This document shows positions 29,242 to 30,189 of a DNA stretch of 30,189 nt, piece by piece. Each line of letters begins with the position of its first letter. The stretch's first letter is position 1. The position numbers and the translations under genes were made by a program. The stretch is from Bdellovibrionota bacterium FG-1. Its GTDB lineage: Bacteria; Bdellovibrionota; UBA1018. Under the pieces are notes generated by a model that was not told the DNA's origin, searched no databases, and saw nothing but the letters and a program-made list of their open reading frames with translations. The stretch covers positions 1 to 30,189 of the forward strand of contig JBBCAW010000068.1 in assembly GCA_051382295.1 (NCBI GenBank), in the 5' to 3' direction.

Positions 29242-29366
29242 GCACAAAATGATCGGCATCACCATTGACCCAAAACACGAGCGTGTTTCGAGCGCCGGCA
29301 AGTTGTGAGGCTTGCTCAAAAAGAGTATTGAGCGAGGTTTGCTGATCCCAGGCAAAAACACTCTGA
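29242..29366 (-). pseudogene. 5' remnant of a second clostripain-like gene
   Basis: Translates to VFAWDQQTSLNTLFEQASQLAGARNTLVFWVNGDADHFV. The last 16 aa are identical to the intact protease, and about 50 bp match 26367-26416 with one mismatch. No proper start codon. Confidence 0.85.
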
Positions 29367-29406
29367 GAATCATCGCAAATCTCGGTCAGTCATTGAATTC
29401 GAAGAG

Positions 29407-29988
29407 TTAGAAGCCCGTAACGGCGCTAGCAATGAGTTCGAAAGGAAAAGCAATAAGATCCAAAGGTACCAAGAAGATTAACCAAATAGAGGCAACAGCC
29501 TTACAGTCGTTGGGTGCTCCATAGCTGAAAATCGAACCAAAATAATGATAAGAGTTTCGCATGTTGCAATCACTGAAATTCCAGCGAGTGAATCCAAATA
29601 ACAAATTATCGGATTGCATCACTTCTTGAAGCTGCGCAGTTTCAAGAGCCATAATCACATCTTTATCACCGATCGCTTTAATCGAGTCGATGGCAAGCCC
29701 AGCACCTTTGTCAAAACTAGCGAGATCCACGCCATTCTTGCCAACCATTTCGCGGTTTTTCGCGACAACCTGAGACAAATCCGCGATGACCTCACCTGAA
29801 TTGCGCATCGTTTTATGACGAGCAATACGGCCCTTCATGAAGTTAACCAACACTTCTTTTTGCTGAACATTAAGTGCAATTTTGGAAATGCTCTCGTCCG
29901 CATGGGCAACTGCCTGAGTAAGAATCGCCACCGCCATCACCAATGACCACACGCCGGTGGCCATCAAAAAATTCTTAACCTGTTTCAT
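29407..29988 (-). CDS. Secreted hypothetical protein, paralog B
   Basis: 103 of the first 110 aa are identical to paralog A. Start set at 29988 by homology and RBS spacing. Confidence 0.85.
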   Translation of the reverse strand: MKQVKNFLMATGVWSLVMAVAILTQAVAHADESISKIALNVQQKEVLVNFMKGRIARHKTMRNSGEVIADLSQVVAKNREMVGKNGVDLASFDKGAGLAIDSIKAIGDKDVIMALETAQLQEVMQSDNLLFGFTRWNFSDCNMRNSYHYFGSIFSYGAPNDCKAVASIWLIFLVPLDLIAFPFELIASAVTGF

Positions 29989-30061
29989 CGTCATTCTCCT
30001 TAACGCACTGCATTACCTTATTAAGACACAGCGCGTCAATAAAAATTCAATTTAATTTCCG

Positions 30062-30187
30062 CTAACTTTTCCCATTCAAGCGTAGCCAGGGCGTATCCAC
30101 GGTGGCCCCAAACATGATCTGATCTGCTAATCTTCCCGCGTCCATACTTTTGGAGGCAGGAAAATGAAAACTCAAGACCCATCCGTG
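30062..30187 (-). CDS. Possible 3' end of a gene entering from beyond the window
   Basis: Open frame HGWVLSFHFPASKSMDAGRLADQIMFGATVDTPWLRLNGKS* ends just where the duplicated upstream region begins. Confidence 0.35.
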   Translation of the reverse strand, partial: HGWVLSFHFPASKSMDAGRLADQIMFGATVDTPWLRLNGKS

Positions 30188-30189
30188 AT

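Noticed and set aside
26563..29988. Diversity-generating retroelement (template/variable repeat pair)
   Set aside because: No reverse transcriptase is present. The variable parts differ in length and are too divergent for adenine-specific mutagenesis.

Overview
Chromosomal window of about 50% GC. Gene content and order suggest a Bdellovibrionota/Oligoflexia-like bacterium (inference). Left part: the 3' half of a type II secretion cluster (gspJ-like partial, gspK split by a frameshift in a C10 tract, PilM/GspL-like, gspM, gspN), followed by ispA and gshB. Next come a secreted hypothetical, a DUF349-like protein and a divergent IPT/TIG-like lipoprotein preceded by three phased direct repeats. 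Middle, on the minus strand: sucC-sucD-ndk-nadE, a basic hypothetical, and infC-rpmI-rplT-pheS-pheT-ihfA. Right part is accessory: a 51-bp tandem repeat array, a repeat-rich VWA lipoprotein, an amidase and a clostripain-like (C11) protease. It also holds two paralogous secreted proteins with near-identical N-termini and divergent Cys-containing C-termini, each followed by an intact or remnant clostripain gene. Between the two copies lie a DUF6516/HTH toxin-antitoxin-like pair and a deleted DUF1016 (YhcG) pseudogene. The best candidate for an undescribed system is the repeated 'polymorphic secreted precursor + Arg-specific protease' cassette. All family calls come from motif recognition by eye; no searches were run.
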